From Mustelus asterias (taxonomy: Eukaryota), in assembly GCF_964213995.1 (NCBI RefSeq), contig NC_135808.1:83824001-83888000 (forward strand): a DNA stretch of 64,000 bases, in the 5' to 3' direction. How positions within the stretch are numbered: the stretch's first letter is position 1; the number at the start of each line of letters is the position of its first letter. The notes under the pieces are model-generated. The model was not told the origin of the DNA, searched no databases, and saw nothing but the letters and a program-made list of their open reading frames with translations. Of this stretch, positions 10,975 to 24,000 are shown one piece after another. The position numbers were made by a program, and so were the translations under genes.

Positions 10975-12050
10975 ACCTCTAGTTATGCCCTTCCCAGTTT
11001 AAGGAAACATTATCAAAACCTTTTATAATTTTAAAGGCCTCAATTAGGTCACCCTTCAGCCTTATATTTTCAACAGAAAATCCTTTGATCTGTTCATCAC
11101 TATGTAACGGTACGGTATGCACAGTAGCACAGTGGTTAGCACTGCTGCTTCACAGCTCCAGGGATCTAGGTTTGATTCCCGGCTTGGGTCACTGTCTGTG
11201 TGGAGTTTGCGCATTCTCCTCGTGTCTGCGTGGGTTTCCTCCGGGTGCTCTGGTTTCCTCTCACAGTCCAAAGATGTGTGGGTTAGGTTGATTGGCCATG
11301 CTAAAATTGACCCTTAGTGTCCTGAGATGTGTAGGTTAGAGGGATTAGTAGGTAGGTACGTAGGGATATGGGGGTAGGGCCTGGGTGGGATTGTGGTCGG
11401 TGCAGACTCGATGGGCCAAATGGCCTCTTTCTGCACTGTAGGGTTTCTATGATTTTATGAACTCACACACTTCTGACATCATCCTTATAAATCATCTCAG
11501 CATCTCCGGTGCCTCTACATTATGTTCATGAAATGATGACCAGAATTGGACGCAGTACTCTAATTGTTGTCTAACCGAGGCTCAATTATAGGTTTAGCAT
11601 ACCTTCCCTACTTTTCAAATCATTTGCTTTTTTAAATGACCTTGCTAAAATGAGAACAACTTTTATTGATTGGTGTACTTATACCCTTTGATCCTTTACC
11701 CGAGCTTGACTTGCCCCTTCTAAGTTATGTGAGCTCCCTTGTCTTCCTAACTGAATGGACTAGTGTACATTTATGTGTTGAACGTAATTTGTCAATTATC
11801 TGCCCACCGTACAAGTTTATTCATGTCCTATAATTAATTTGTTGTAATCCAAGTCAGTATTGACTACACTTAAAAGTGATGTCATGTACAGATTTAAAAA
11901 ACATGGTTTTGATTCCAAAGTCAAAATCATTCATATAAATTGTGAACAGAAGTGATTTCGAACACTGATCCTTGTGGAATACCTCTTCACACCTTCTGCT
12001 TTCTGCCTCGCCGGCAGCCAGCAATCCATTATGTTACTTGTTCCTGACTT
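10975..12050 (-). mobile_element. Old CR1 RT/3' fragment interrupted by a SINE
   Basis: Reverse-complement remnants of RLKGDLIEAFKI, EYCVQFWS and GIPQGSV..LFTIYMNDFD. Confidence 0.7.
11113..11460 (+). mobile_element. tRNA-derived SINE (HE1 / V-SINE type) with CR1-like tail
   Basis: A box TAGCACAGTGG, B-box-like GGTTTGATTCCC, V-domain core TGTGTGGAGTTTGC..GGGTTTCCTCCGGGTGCTC.GGTTTCCTC, and a 3' end resembling the CR1 3' UTR. Confidence 0.88.
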
Positions 12051-12812
12051 TGAATTGAAGTGGTGCATCATGTGATATCATAGGATCATCCAAGCTTGAC
12101 CAAGTTGCTAGATTAAGTTTTAAAAGTATTTTCGGTAAAGAAAATACAGAGTGGACATGGTAGGGAATGTAAACCTTTGTTCGGGCCAGGACGCTAATGA
12201 TTGGCCTATGGGTCAGTCCAGGTTAAGCTAAATAATGTGATCTTTGGGTCAGGAGAGAATAAGTAGATGAATTATCTATGAGTTATGCTGTAATAAACTG
12301 ATTGACTGCCATCAGTGGCAGGCTAAGATGTGCAAGTGACTGGGTAAAGTGATAAATCGTCAGGTTGAGAAAACAAGTATCTTAGAAATCTTAGAAACCC
12401 TACAGCGCAGAAAGCGGCCATTCGGCCCATCGAGTCTGCACCGAACACAATCCCACCCAGGCCCTACCCCCATATACCTACATATTTACCCACTAATCCC
12501 TCTAACCTACGCATCCCAGGACACTAAAGGCAATTTGTTTAGCTTGGCCAATCAACCTAACCTGCACATCCCTGGACTGTGGGAGGAAACCGGAGCACCC
12601 GGAGGAAACCCACGCAGACACGAGGAGAATGTGCAAACTCCACACAGACACTGTCAAGTAAGCAAAGTGTGTGGTGTGGAATAAACTGTGGGGATCATTT
12701 GTGTCAAAGGTCAGGTTATTCCGTCATTATTTTGTAAACACATATTGCCGACGTACTGAACTAGAGGAGCAGTGCGTGAGGAGAGTGCTGAACATAACCT
12801 GGAGCAGCGAAG
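11890..12812. repeat. ~650-bp module (CR1 RT scrap + non-coding sequence), copy A, with an inserted SINE
   Basis: Shares ctcttcacaccttctgctttctg, ggacatggtagggaatgtaa and gctaatgattggcctatggg with 18700-19340 and 19445-19845. Confidence 0.8.
12381..12654 (-). mobile_element. 5'-truncated HE1 / V-SINE
   Basis: Reverse complement of the body and tail of the 11113-11460 SINE. Candidate TSD CAAGTA (12374-12379, 12655-12660). Confidence 0.85.
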
Positions 12813-12814
12813 GA

Positions 12815-15800
12815 GCCGAGACGTCAATAGAAAGCGCGCACGAGAGATAAAGGTGAGAGTTCACTAAAAAGTGTGAGAGATAGAGGTGAAGCTTGAATAA
12901 AAAGTGTGTGAGAGAGGTGAGACTTGAATTAAAAGTGTGTGAGAGAGGTGAGACTTGAATAAAAAATTGGAGAGATAGAACTGATACTTCTGTTGTGGGA
13001 AAAATCCACTCGTAGTCAGATCCCGAGATTCCAAAACACAGTTTATTCAACGGAGCTCCATGGAGACAAGACACAAGTCTGTAGCAAACATTCTCTCAGT
13101 AAAATGACGGGAACGGTCCATCTTTATACTTTCTACACAATAGATGGACCGGAGATTTGAACATTATCACATCATTATAGGCAGATACAAACAGATACAG
13201 ACATTTAACATAGTATTGTTCTTATGAATGAGTACATTTCCTATGTCTGTGGCTATCAATGGTTGGTTTCGGCTCATTCACGTGCTAATCGGTTTCCCTG
13301 CATTCATATTTTCCCGCTCTTCCTATGACTAATCTATTCCCTTTGTCTCGGGTTTTTTCCTTATCTAAAAGATGTCTCGATCCTTGGCTTGGCTTCCTGG
13401 GGTGTTTGTTTACTTTAAATCACTGTCTGTGATTTTTAAATGGCTTGTCTGTTGGGTTTGATTTGAAATGATCTTTGTATAAGTGGAAGGCGGTGTCTGT
13501 TTTATGGTTCCTTTCCCAGTTAACTCTTTATGTGCCAGGCAGCTATTTTAAAGTGTGCTTTCCTTACATTTTTCCCCTTACACTTCAATAAAATGTGCGA
13601 GACAGGTAGAGGTGAGACTTGAATAAAAAGTATGTGAGAGCGATGAGACGTAATTAAAAAGGGCGAGAGAGTTCAAACTTCAATAAAAAGCGAGAAACGG
13701 AGATGTGTGAGATGTCGAGGCGAGACTTCATTAAAAATTGTGAGAGAGGTGAGACTTGAATAAAAAGTGAAAGATATATAGGTGATATTTGAAGAAAAGG
13801 CGCGAAAGGGAGCTGGAGGTGAGACCTCAATATAAAGTGCGAGAGAGCGAGATAAAGGTGAGGCTTCATTAAAAGAGCGAGAGAGACAGAGGTGAGGCTT
13901 CAATAGAAACGCGCGAGAGAGTCAGACTTCAATAAGCATTTAGAGCTAAAGAGATGAGACTTGAAACGAGTGAGACAGATAGACGTGAGGCTTCATTAAA
14001 AATTGTGAGCGATAGAAGTGATATTCGAATAAAAAGTGCGAAAGAGAGATTGAGATGAGACTTCAAAAAAAATTGTGAGAGGGATAGAGGTGATTTTTGA
14101 AGAAAGGGTGCGAGACATAGAGGTGAGACTTCAAAAAAAGCGCGCGCGAGGGGCGGGGCTTCATTAAAAAGCGCGGGACAGGTGAGATTTCAATAAAAAG
14201 TGTGAAAGACATACATAGGGTGGGACTTCAATATAATGTGGCAGATAGAGTGAGACCTCATTAAATATTATGAGAGATAGAGGCGAGATTTGAATAAAAA
14301 GGTGCGGAAGAGAGATAGACTTCAATGAAAAGTGCGAAAGATAGAGGTGTGACTTCATGAAAAAGTGCAAGGTGAGACTTCAATAAAAAGTGAGAGGGAG
14401 ATGGAGGTGAGACTTCAATAAAAAAGGGAGCTTGAGGTGAGAGTTCATTATAAAATGCGAGAGGGATATAGGCGAGACTTCAATAAAACGTGTGAAAGAG
14501 ATAGAGGCGAGACTTGAAAAAAAATGAGAGACACTTGAATAAAAGCGCGAAAGCTGGACGTGAGGCGTCAATAAAAGGTTAGAGATACAGAGATGAGACT
14601 TCAATATAAATGCGAGAGAGGGAGATAGAAGGTGAGACTTCATTAAAAATTGTAAGAGGGATAGAAGTGATATTTGAATAAAAAGGCACGAAAGGGAGAT
14701 AGAGGTGAGACTTCATTTTAAATGCGAGAGGGAATTAGAAGTGAAACTTTAATGAAAAGAGTGAGGAGGATAGAGTGATTTTTGAAGAAAAGGCGAGAGA
14801 GGTAAGAATTCATTAAAAAGTGCGCGAGAGAGCGATAGACAGAGGAGAGACTTGAATAAAAAGTGAGAGATAAAGGTGAGACTTCAATAAAAGATTCGAG
14901 AGCATAGAGGTGGGACTTGAATTAAAAATGTGCACAAGAGAGAGGTGAAACTTCATTAAAAATTGTAGGAGAGATAAAGGTGAGAATTCAGTAAAAAGTG
15001 TCAGATAGGGGTGAGATTTGAATTAAAAGGTGCGAAAGTGAAACTTCAATGAAAAGTGAGAAAGGTAGAGGCGAGTCTTCAATATAAATGCGAGAGAGAA
15101 ATAGAGGTGAGACTTAATTAAAAAGCGTGAGAGAGGTGAGACTTTATTAAAAATTGTGGGAAGGAGAAGCGATATTTGAATAAAAAGGTACAACAGAGAG
15201 ATAGAGGTGAGACTTCCATGAAAAGTGAGTGAGAAATTGAGGTGAAACTTCATTAAAAGCGCGAGAGAGATAAAGGTGAGACTTCATTTAAATGGGCGAG
15301 AATAAGAAGTGCGAAACTGAGATAATAGAGGGGAAACGTCAATAAAAAGTGCGCGAAAGAGAGATGGCGGTGAGACTTCAATTCAAGGCAAGAGGGAGTG
15401 AGAGGAGGGACTTCAGTACAGAACCCGAACATTCACTCAAAAGACTCAGAGGGATGGAAAACTGTAAATTCCATAGTGTAAATAAAAAGGGCGAGTTGAA
15501 ACTTCAATATAAAGTGCGAGAGGGAAAAAATGAGAGAGATACTTGAATAAAAAGCGCGGGAGAGGTAGACGTGAGACTTGAATAAAAAGTGAGAGTTTGA
15601 AGTGAGACTTTGAAAAGTGAGAGAGAGACTTAAGTGCGAGAGAGATACAGATGGGACTTCAATAATATAGAGGTGAGACTTGAAAAATAAAGTGTGAAAG
15701 ATGCTTGAATAAAAAGCGCGAGAGATAGACAGACATGAGACTTGAGTAAAATGTGAGAGATACAGAAGTGAGACTTCAAAATAAGTGCGAGATAGAGGTG

Positions 15801-18680
15801 AGACTTCGTTAAAAGCGAGAGAGAGGGAGATAAGGGTGAGATGTCAATAAGAAGTGAGATAAATAAAGGTGAGACTTCATTTAAAAAGGCGAGAATAAAA
15901 AGCGAGAGAGAGATACAGGTGTGATTTGAATAAAAAGTGCGAAAGTGAGATAGAGGGGAAACTTCAATAAAAAGCGCGCGAAAGAGAGATAGTGGTGAGA
16001 CTTTAATAAAACGCAAGAGGGAGTGAGAGGAGGAACTTCATTAAAGAGCCCGAACATTCACTCAAAAGACTCAGCGGGATGAAAAACTGTTGAGTCCATA
16101 GTCCAAATAAAAAGGGCGGGAGAGAGAGCGAATTGAAACTTCAATAAAAAGCGAGAAAAAGAGAGGCGAGACTTCAATAAAAAGTGAGAGTGATAGAGCT
16201 GAGACTTCAATAAAAATTGTGAGAGAGATAGAGGTGATATTTGCATAAGAAGTGTGAGATATAGAGGGGAGACTTCAATAAAAAGCGCGCGAGGGGTGAG
16301 ACTTCGATAAAAAGTGAGAGTTAGAGATGAGGTTTGAAAAATAAGTGAGAGATAGATGTGAGGCTTCATTGAAAATTATGAGAGATAGAGGCGATATTTG
16401 AATAAATGTTACGATAGAATTAGAGGCGAGACTCCCATGAAAAATATGAGAGGGGTGAGATTTCAATAAAAAGTGTGAGAGATATAGAAGTGATATTTGA
16501 ATAAAAGGCACGAAAGAGAGCTAGAGGTGAGACCTCGATAAAAAACGCGAGAGGGCGAGATAAAGGTGAGGCTTCATTAAAAGAGCGAGAGAGACAGAGG
16601 TGAGACTTTAATGGAAACGCGGGAGAGTCAAACTTCCATAGAGAGCTAAAGAGATGAGACTTGAAAAAGGTGAGATAGACGTGAGGCTTCATTAAAAATT
16701 GTGAGCGACAGAAGTGATATTCGAATAAAAAGGTGCGAAAGATTGAGGTGAGACTTCGATAAAAATTGTGAGAGGGATAGAGGTGATTTTTGAAGAAAAT
16801 GCGCGAAAGAGATATGGAGGTGAAACTTTAAAGAGGCGCGCACGAGATAGAGGAGAGACTTCTTTAAAAACTGAGATACAGAAGTGAGACTTCAATATAA
16901 ATGCGAGAGAGGGAGATAGAGGTGAGACCTCAATAAAAGGGCGAGAGAAATAAGGGTGAGATTTCAATAAGTGAGAGATAGAGTGAGACTCATTTAAAAG
17001 GGCGAGAATAAAATGTGCGAGAGAGATAGAATGTAATCTGAATAAAAATCGCAAAAGTGGGATAGAGGGGAAACTTCAATAAAAAGCGCGCGAAAGAGAG
17101 ACAGTGGTGAGACTTCAATAAAACTCATAAAGAAGGAGTGGGAGGAGGGACTGAATAAAAAGTGTGAGAGATAGAGGTGAGACTTGATTAAAAAACGAAA
17201 TAGATAAAACTGAGACTTCAATAAAAAAGTGTGAGAGATAGGGGTGAGACTTGAATAGTTGGTGAGACTTGAATAAAACGCAAGAGGGAGTGAGAGGAGG
17301 GACTTCAGTAAAATGCCGGACATTCAAAAGACTCAGCGGGACTGAAAACTGTTTATTCCATAGTCTAAATAAAAAAGGCGAGACAGAGATTTGAAACTTC
17401 AATAAAAAGCAAGGAATAGAAAGGTGAGAGTTCAATAAAAAGTGAGAGTGAGATAGCGGTGAGACTTGAAAAGCATAGAAGCGCGCGAAAGCTTGAGGTG
17501 AAACTTAAAAGTGCGAGCTAGAGATGAGAGTTGATAAGTGAGAGGGATCGACGTGAGACTTCATTAAAATTGTGAGACAGATGTGAGACTTCAATATAAA
17601 TGCGAGATAGAGGTGAGACTTGAAAAATAAAGAGGAATAAAGGTGAAACTTAAAAAAGAAGCGCGCGACAGAGCTTGAGATGAGACTTAAATAAAAAGTG
17701 AGAGATACAGAGGTGAGACCAATGTCAAAGCGAGAGAGGGAGATAGAGGTTAGACTTCGCCAAAAAGCGGGCGAGGTGAGACTTCAATAAAAGTAGTAAG
17801 AGATGCAGTTGAGACTTCATTGAATATTGAGAGAAAGCGGTGATATTTGAATAAAAAGGCGCAAAAAGATTGAGAGATTTCAATAAAAGCGCGTGCGAGA
17901 ATTGAAATTTCAATTGGAAAAGTGAGGGTGATAAAAGAGACTTCATCAATAAGTGCATGTGAGAGAAATAGAGATGAGACTCCAATAATAAGTGCAAGAG
18001 ATATATAGGTGGGACTTCACTAAAAATTGTGTGAGGTAGAGATGACGTTTGAACAAAAAGACGCGAAAGGGAGATAGAGGTGAGACTTCAGTAAAAAGTG
18101 CGAGTGAGACGGGTGACACTTCAATATAAATGCGACCGAGATGGAGGTGAGGTCTCAATAAAGAATGTGAGAGATGAAATAGAATAAAATCTGCGAGAGG
18201 TGAGACTTCAATGAAAAGTGTGTAAGATACTTGAATAAGAAGTTTGAGAGAGATAGAGGTGAGATTTCAATAAAAAATGAGAGATAGAGGCGATATTTGG
18301 TATAAAAAGGTACGAAAGTGAGATGGAGGTGAGGCTTCAACAAAAAAATCCCACGTGAAAGGGAGGTGAGACTTCATTAGAAGTGTGCGTGAGAAAGAAA
18401 GTGTTGAAACTTCAATAAAAAGCGCGATAGAGATGGTGGGTCAGACGTCAATAAAACGCAAGAGGGAGTGAAAGGAGGGACTAAAGTAAAGAGCCCGGAC
18501 ATTCACTCATAAGACTCAACGGGAATGAAAATTATTGATTCCACCGTCCAAATAAAAAGGGCGAGGGAGAGAGAGTTGAAACTTAAGTAAAAAGCGAGAA
18601 AGACAGACGTGAGAATTCAGTAAACAGGGAAAAGAGGTGAGGCGTTAATTAAAAGCGGGAGGGAGGGACTTGAATAAGGA
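12815..18680. repeat. Satellite 1: diverged ~30-35-bp purine-rich tandem repeat
   Basis: Recurrent GAGATAGAGGTGAGACTTCAATAAAAAGTGCGA-like unit over ~5.9 kb. A short further stretch lies at ~19345-19440. Confidence 0.95.
12991..13582 (-). mobile_element. Solo LTR (592 bp) inside satellite 1
   Basis: TG...CA ends and a 4-bp TSD CTTC (12987-12990, 13583-13586). On the minus strand, TATAAA (~13127) precedes AATAAA (~13047). Confidence 0.85.
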
Positions 18681-18699
18681 GAGCGGGTATTCACTCAGT

Positions 18700-19340
18700 G
18701 TCAGCGATAACAGCGGGGCTAAAAGCTGTTGATTCCAAAATGCAAATCGTTCATAAAAATTGTGAACAGGAGTGGTTCCACCGAAGATCCTCGTGGAACG
18801 CCTCTTCACACCTTCTGCTTTCTGTCTGGCTGGCAGCGAGCAATCCATTCTGTTACTTGTCCCTGAGTTTGCATTGAAGTGGTGGATCATGGGGTATCAT
18901 GCTGTATCATGGGATCACACAGCCTTGACCGAGTTGCTGGTTTAAATTTTGGAAATATTTTCTGTGGACATGGTAGTGAATGTAACCTTTTGGGCAGGCC
19001 AAGAAACTAATGACTGGCCTATGAGACAGTCCAAGTTAAGCTAAGTAATGTGACCTTTGGGTCAGGAGGGAATAAGTTGATGAATGATCTATGAGTTATA
19101 CTATGATAAACTGGTTGACTGACATGGATGCCAGACTAAGATGTGCAGTTGACTGGGCAAAGCGTCAGGATGGGTAAGCAAAGTTTGTGTTGAGGAATGA
19201 ACTGTGGGGATTGTTTTTGTCAAAGGTCAGGTCATTCAGTGATTCTTTTCTAAACGCTTAATTGCAGATGTACTGAACAGGACATGGAAGATAAGAGCAG
19301 TAGTGCGCAAGGAGAGCAGCGAACCCAGTGTGGAGCAGCG
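18700..19340. repeat. Module copy B
   Basis: Collinear with 11890-12812 but without the SINE. Confidence 0.8.
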
Positions 19341-19444
19341 AAGGAAGTGAAATTGCAATACAGAGGTTGAGAAAGAGAAGTGAGACTTCAATAAAAGTCA
19401 AGAGAGGTGAGACTATGGTAAAGAGCGCAGGCATTCACTTGATG

Positions 19445-19845
19445 TGTCAGTGATAAAGTGGGACTAAAAACTGTTGATTCCAAAGTCTAAATCACTAATA
19501 TAAATTCTGAACTGGAGTGATTTCCAGCACTGATCCTTGTGGAACACCTCTTCACACCGTCTGCTTTCTGTCTCGAGGCCAGCTAGCAATCCATGCTGTT
19601 ACATGTCCCTGACTTTGCACTGAAGTGATGTATCATGCTGTATCATGGGATCACCCAGGCTTGACCAAGTTGCTGGTTTAAGTTTTAAAAGTATCTACAA
19701 TTAAAAGAAAATACACCAGAATGGACATGGTAGGGAATGTAATCCTTTGGTTAAAGCAGGAAGCTAATGACTGGCCTATGGGACAATTCATGATAAGCTA
19801 AGCAATGTGATCTTTGGGTCAGGGTAGAATAAGTTGATGAATACT
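19445..19845. repeat. Module copy C (3'-truncated)
   Basis: Collinear with the first ~400 bp of copy B. Confidence 0.8.
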
Positions 19846-20580
19846 ACCCCATACCTGATTATCAAGATCCAGGATGAGGACTTGGACAATGTGGACCACT
19901 TTCCGTCCACTGTCAACAGGGGCAGACATCGATATTGAGCTTCGAAACTGCCTTCCATGTACCAGCACAGCCCTTGGTCACCTGAGGAAGTGTTTGAAGA
20001 CCAGTACCTCAGATCTAGTCTACAGGGGTAGACCCTCCTATACAGCTCAGAGATGCATACCATGTGGTCGTATGTCTCAAAAACCTGGAGAAGTGCCACC
20101 AGCGCTGCTCTGCGCGATGTTGCAAATCCTTTGGAATGATAGATGCACCAACATCAGTGTTCTCGCTCAGATCAATATCCCCAGCATTGAAGCATTGACC
20201 ATTGTCAATCAGCTCTGCGGGGCAGGCCATTTTTGCATGTCTGACACAAGACTCCTAAAATAAGTGCTGTACTCAGAGCTTCAACACAGCAAGTGAGCCC
20301 CAGGAGGCCAGAGAAAATGCATCAAGGACACCCTCAAAACCTCCTTAAAAAGTACAACATCCCCACCGACATCTGGGAATCCCAAGACTGCCTCAAGTGT
20401 GGAAAAATATCCGAGGATAAGCTAAACACCTTGATCTTCATCACCGAGAACAAGCGGAAGCCAAATGTCGATGGAATGGAGCGCATAGCAATCCGCCCAC
20501 TCACCTGCTCCTCAAACCCCATCTGCCCCACCTGTATAAGTTGTGCATTGGACTCCTTAATCACCTGAGAACTTATTTTA
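19846..20580 (+). mobile_element. RTE-clade LINE 3' fragment
   Basis: LQILWNDRCTNISVLAQINIPSIEALTIVNQL..AGH..MSDTRL (ORF 19874-20263) is typical of the RTE C-terminal region. Confidence 0.8.
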
Positions 20581-20671
20581 AGTATAGAACTCAGTGTGGA
20601 GCAGTAAGGGAAGAGAGAAGCATGCTCACTGTGCAGCAACACACCATCGCCAAGATGTATGAGAGCATGAG

Positions 20672-20977
20672 TGATGCGCTATTCAGACACGAGGCTTGAA
20701 GCTCAGTAAATGAAAGGCTTTTATTTACTGTTAACGAAGCTACCAGAACTTATATACACTATCCCAGACTGAAGGGGTCCTGGCCAGAGCAGGGACTCTT
20801 ATACCTCTCCCAGGAGGCGGAGCCCGACTGGGATGTGCCACAACACTACAGTACAAAGGTGTAACAACCCCAACAGCAACAATAGCACAACCCAACAGTA
20901 ACATATGTACATCCTTGTAGTCCTGGCCAGCCCCTGGCTCAGCACTATCCAGTGGGAACCAACGATGGTTCACCACA
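20672..20977 (-). repeat. Gypsy 3' LTR (306 bp)
   Basis: Differs from the 5' LTR by a handful of substitutions and one 11-bp indel (by eye). Confidence 0.95.
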
Positions 20978-21040
20978 TTCACCCCTCCTTTGAGAACAAA
21001 GGCCGGCGGGGTACAAAAAACAGAATAAAGTGTCAGCAGT

Positions 21041-24000
21041 CTATAAGTTCAGATGGTCAGGGGGACCGCACCGTCGTTGTGACCTCCTCAATACCGGCGG
21101 TGACACCGGAGTAGGCACTTGCGGTGGCGTTCTCCCCAAGGCGGCGTCCAGCTGTTCTTCCACGGACTCACAGGCCGGTTGACCCTGAGGTGACGGTAGT
21201 CCAGGGGATCCTGACACGCCCTGTGGTGGCGACCATCTTCTGGGCTCAGGCAAGCTGTACATGGGAGTAAAATGGTTAAGCAATGGTCCCGATGCTGCCT
21301 GCGCCGTGTCCAGGGAAGAAACAAGAGATAAAGGGTTTGTTACAGGGGGTATGGGAGCGACAGGCGTTGCTACGTCCCCTGCTGGCGCCAGGCCTCAGAT
21401 CGAGACCGTGTCCTCTCGCCGGTCAGGGTATGCCACATAGGCATACTGAGGGCTGGCGTGGAGGAGATGGACCTGTTCGACTAACGGGTCGGACTTGCGG
21501 GCCCTTACATGTCGCCGCAGGAGGACGGGTCCTGAGTACGTCAACCAAGATGGTAATAAGGTCCCCGAGGAAGACTTCCGAGGGAATGAGAACATCCTCT
21601 CGTGGGGAGTAGCATTGGTTGCCGTACACAGGAGGGAGCGAATAGAATGGAGCGCATCAGGGAGCACCTCTTACCAATGGGAGACTGGAAGACCTTTTGA
21701 CTTCAACGCCAGTAAGACAGCCTTCCAGACTGTAGCATTCTCGCGTTCCACCTGTCCATTACCCCTAGGGTTGTAGCTCGTGGTCCTACGAGAGGCAATC
21801 CCGTAGGAGAGCAGAAATTGCCTCAAGTCATCGCTCATGAACGACGAGCCCCTGTCGCTATGGATGTAGCCGGGGTACCCGAACAGGGTAAAGAGATCAC
21901 GGAATGCCTTGATAACCGTGGCAGCGGATGTATCAGAGCAGGGAACAACAAAAGGGAACCGAGAGTACTCGTCAATGATATTGAGGAAGTACACATTCCG
22001 ATCTGTTGAGGGAAGGGGGCCCTTAAAATCGACACTCAGTCTCTCGAAGGGACGAGTGGCCTTGACTAAATGTGCCCGGTCAGGTCGGTAAAAGTGCGGT
22101 TTGCATTCCGCGCAAACCCGACAGCTCCTTGTTACTGACCTGACGTCCTCCACCGAGTAAGGCAGGTTGCGGGCTTTTATAAAGTGGTAGAGCCGAGTGA
22201 CCCCAGGATGGCACAGGTCATTATGGAGGGCGTGCAAACGGTCCTCCTGTATACTAGCGCATGTTCCACGCGAGAGGGCATCCGAGGGCTCATTGAGTTT
22301 CCCTGGACGATACATGATGTCGTAGTTATAGGTGGAGAGTTCAATTCTTCACCGCAAGATCTTGTCATTCTTGATCTTGCCCCTCTGCGTGTTGTTAAAC
22401 ATGAACGCCACGGACCGCTGGTCCGTGATCAGGGTGAACCATTTTCCCGCCAAGTAATGGCGCCAGTGCCTGACGGCCTCCACAATGGCCTGGGCCTCCT
22501 TTTCCACCGCTGAACGCCGAATTTCGGGGCCTTGGAGGGTGCGGGAAAAAAATGCGACGGGCCTGCCCGCCTGGTTAAGTGTGGCGGCCAGGGCGAAATC
22601 AGATGCATCGCTCTCCACCTGAAAGGGGATGGACTCGTCTACAGCGTGCATCGTAGCTTTCACGATGTCGGCTTTCAATTTATCGAAGGCCAATAGGGCC
22701 TCTGGCGTTAAGGGAAAAGTCGTGGACTTAATGAGCGGACGGGCTTTGTCCGCGTAGTTAGGAACCCACTGCGCATAATAGGAGAAGAAGCCTAAGCATC
22801 TTCTCAGTGCTTTTGCACTAGCAGGTAAGGGAAGTTCAGAAAGGGGGCGCATACGGTCTGGATCAGGGCCAATGACCCCGTTTTCCACCACGTATCCTAG
22901 GATGGCTAAACGGCGCGTACGAAACACACACTTCTCCCTGTTGTAGGTCAAGTTCAGGCGAGATGCAGTGCATAGGAAGTTCAGGAGGTTCGTGTCGTGG
23001 TCCTGCTGGTCATGGCCGCAGATGGTGACATTATCCAGGTACGGGAAGGTAGCCCGCAGCCCGTTCTGGTCCACCATTCGGTCCATAGCACGCTGGAAGA
23101 CCGAGACCCCATTGGTGACACCAAAGGGAACCCTGAGAAAGTGATACAAGCGACCATCCGCCTCAAAAGCCGTGTATTGTCGGTCCTCTGGGCGAATGGG
23201 GAGTTGGTGGTAGGCAGACTTGAGGTCTATGGTGGAGAACACCCGGTACTGCGCAATCTGATTGACCATATCAGATATGCGCGGGAGGGGGTACGCATCC
23301 AGCTGCGTATATTGGTTAATGGTCTGACTGTAGTCAATGACCATCCGGGGTTTGTTCCCGCTCTTGACCACCACGACCTGCGCTCTCCACGGACAAGCAC
23401 TGGGTTGTATGATCCTTTCTTTGAGGAGCCGCTGAACCTCAGATCTAATGAAGATCCGATCCTCAGTGCTGTAACGCCTACTTTTAGTCGCGATGGGCTT
23501 GCAGCCTGGCACAAGATTCTGGAACAAGGAGGGTGTGGTGATCTTCAGCGTCGAGAGGCTGCAGGCGGGGCGCGTTGGGCAATTTGGAGGCTGCTGTTGT
23601 TTTCCCACTGCCAGTGAAGGGAGTGGCCCACCGTACTGTAGGATTACACTCCTCAAGTGGACTATGAAGTTTAGTCCGAGAAGTACTGGCGCGCAAAGAT
23701 ACGGCAACACAAGGAGCTTGAAACGCTCGTAAACTGTGCCTTGCACCTTCAAGGTTACCACGCAACTCCCTAGCACGGCAACAGACCGGGACCTTGATGC
23801 CATAGAGATTGTCTGTTTGGCAGGTTGAATCTGGAGTCCACACCGCTTCACAGTGTCTGGGTGGATAAAGCTCTCAGTGCTCCCGCTGTCAAACGGACAA
23901 TAAATCACGTGGTCATTTACCTGGATATTCATCATAGATTTGTCAAGTCTATGAGGCTTGGCCTGGTCCAGGATGATCGCCGCCACCGTTGGTTCATGAG

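Noticed and set aside
11113-11190. tRNA-like A and B boxes (also at 43432-43500)
   Set aside because: These are SINE heads continuing into a V-domain and LINE-like tail, not tRNA genes.
12815-18680. Recurrent motif with variable intervening sequence, superficially like a CRISPR array; also Leu/Ser/Phe-rich ORFs
   Set aside because: The intervening sequence is itself degenerate repeat, there are no unique spacers or cas genes, and the context is eukaryotic. The ORFs are stop-poor readings of the pyrimidine-rich strand.
22997-23617. 206-aa plus-strand ORF, and similar ORFs such as 54670-55362
   Set aside because: Antisense shadows of the Gypsy and Penelope coding regions, with no independent motifs.
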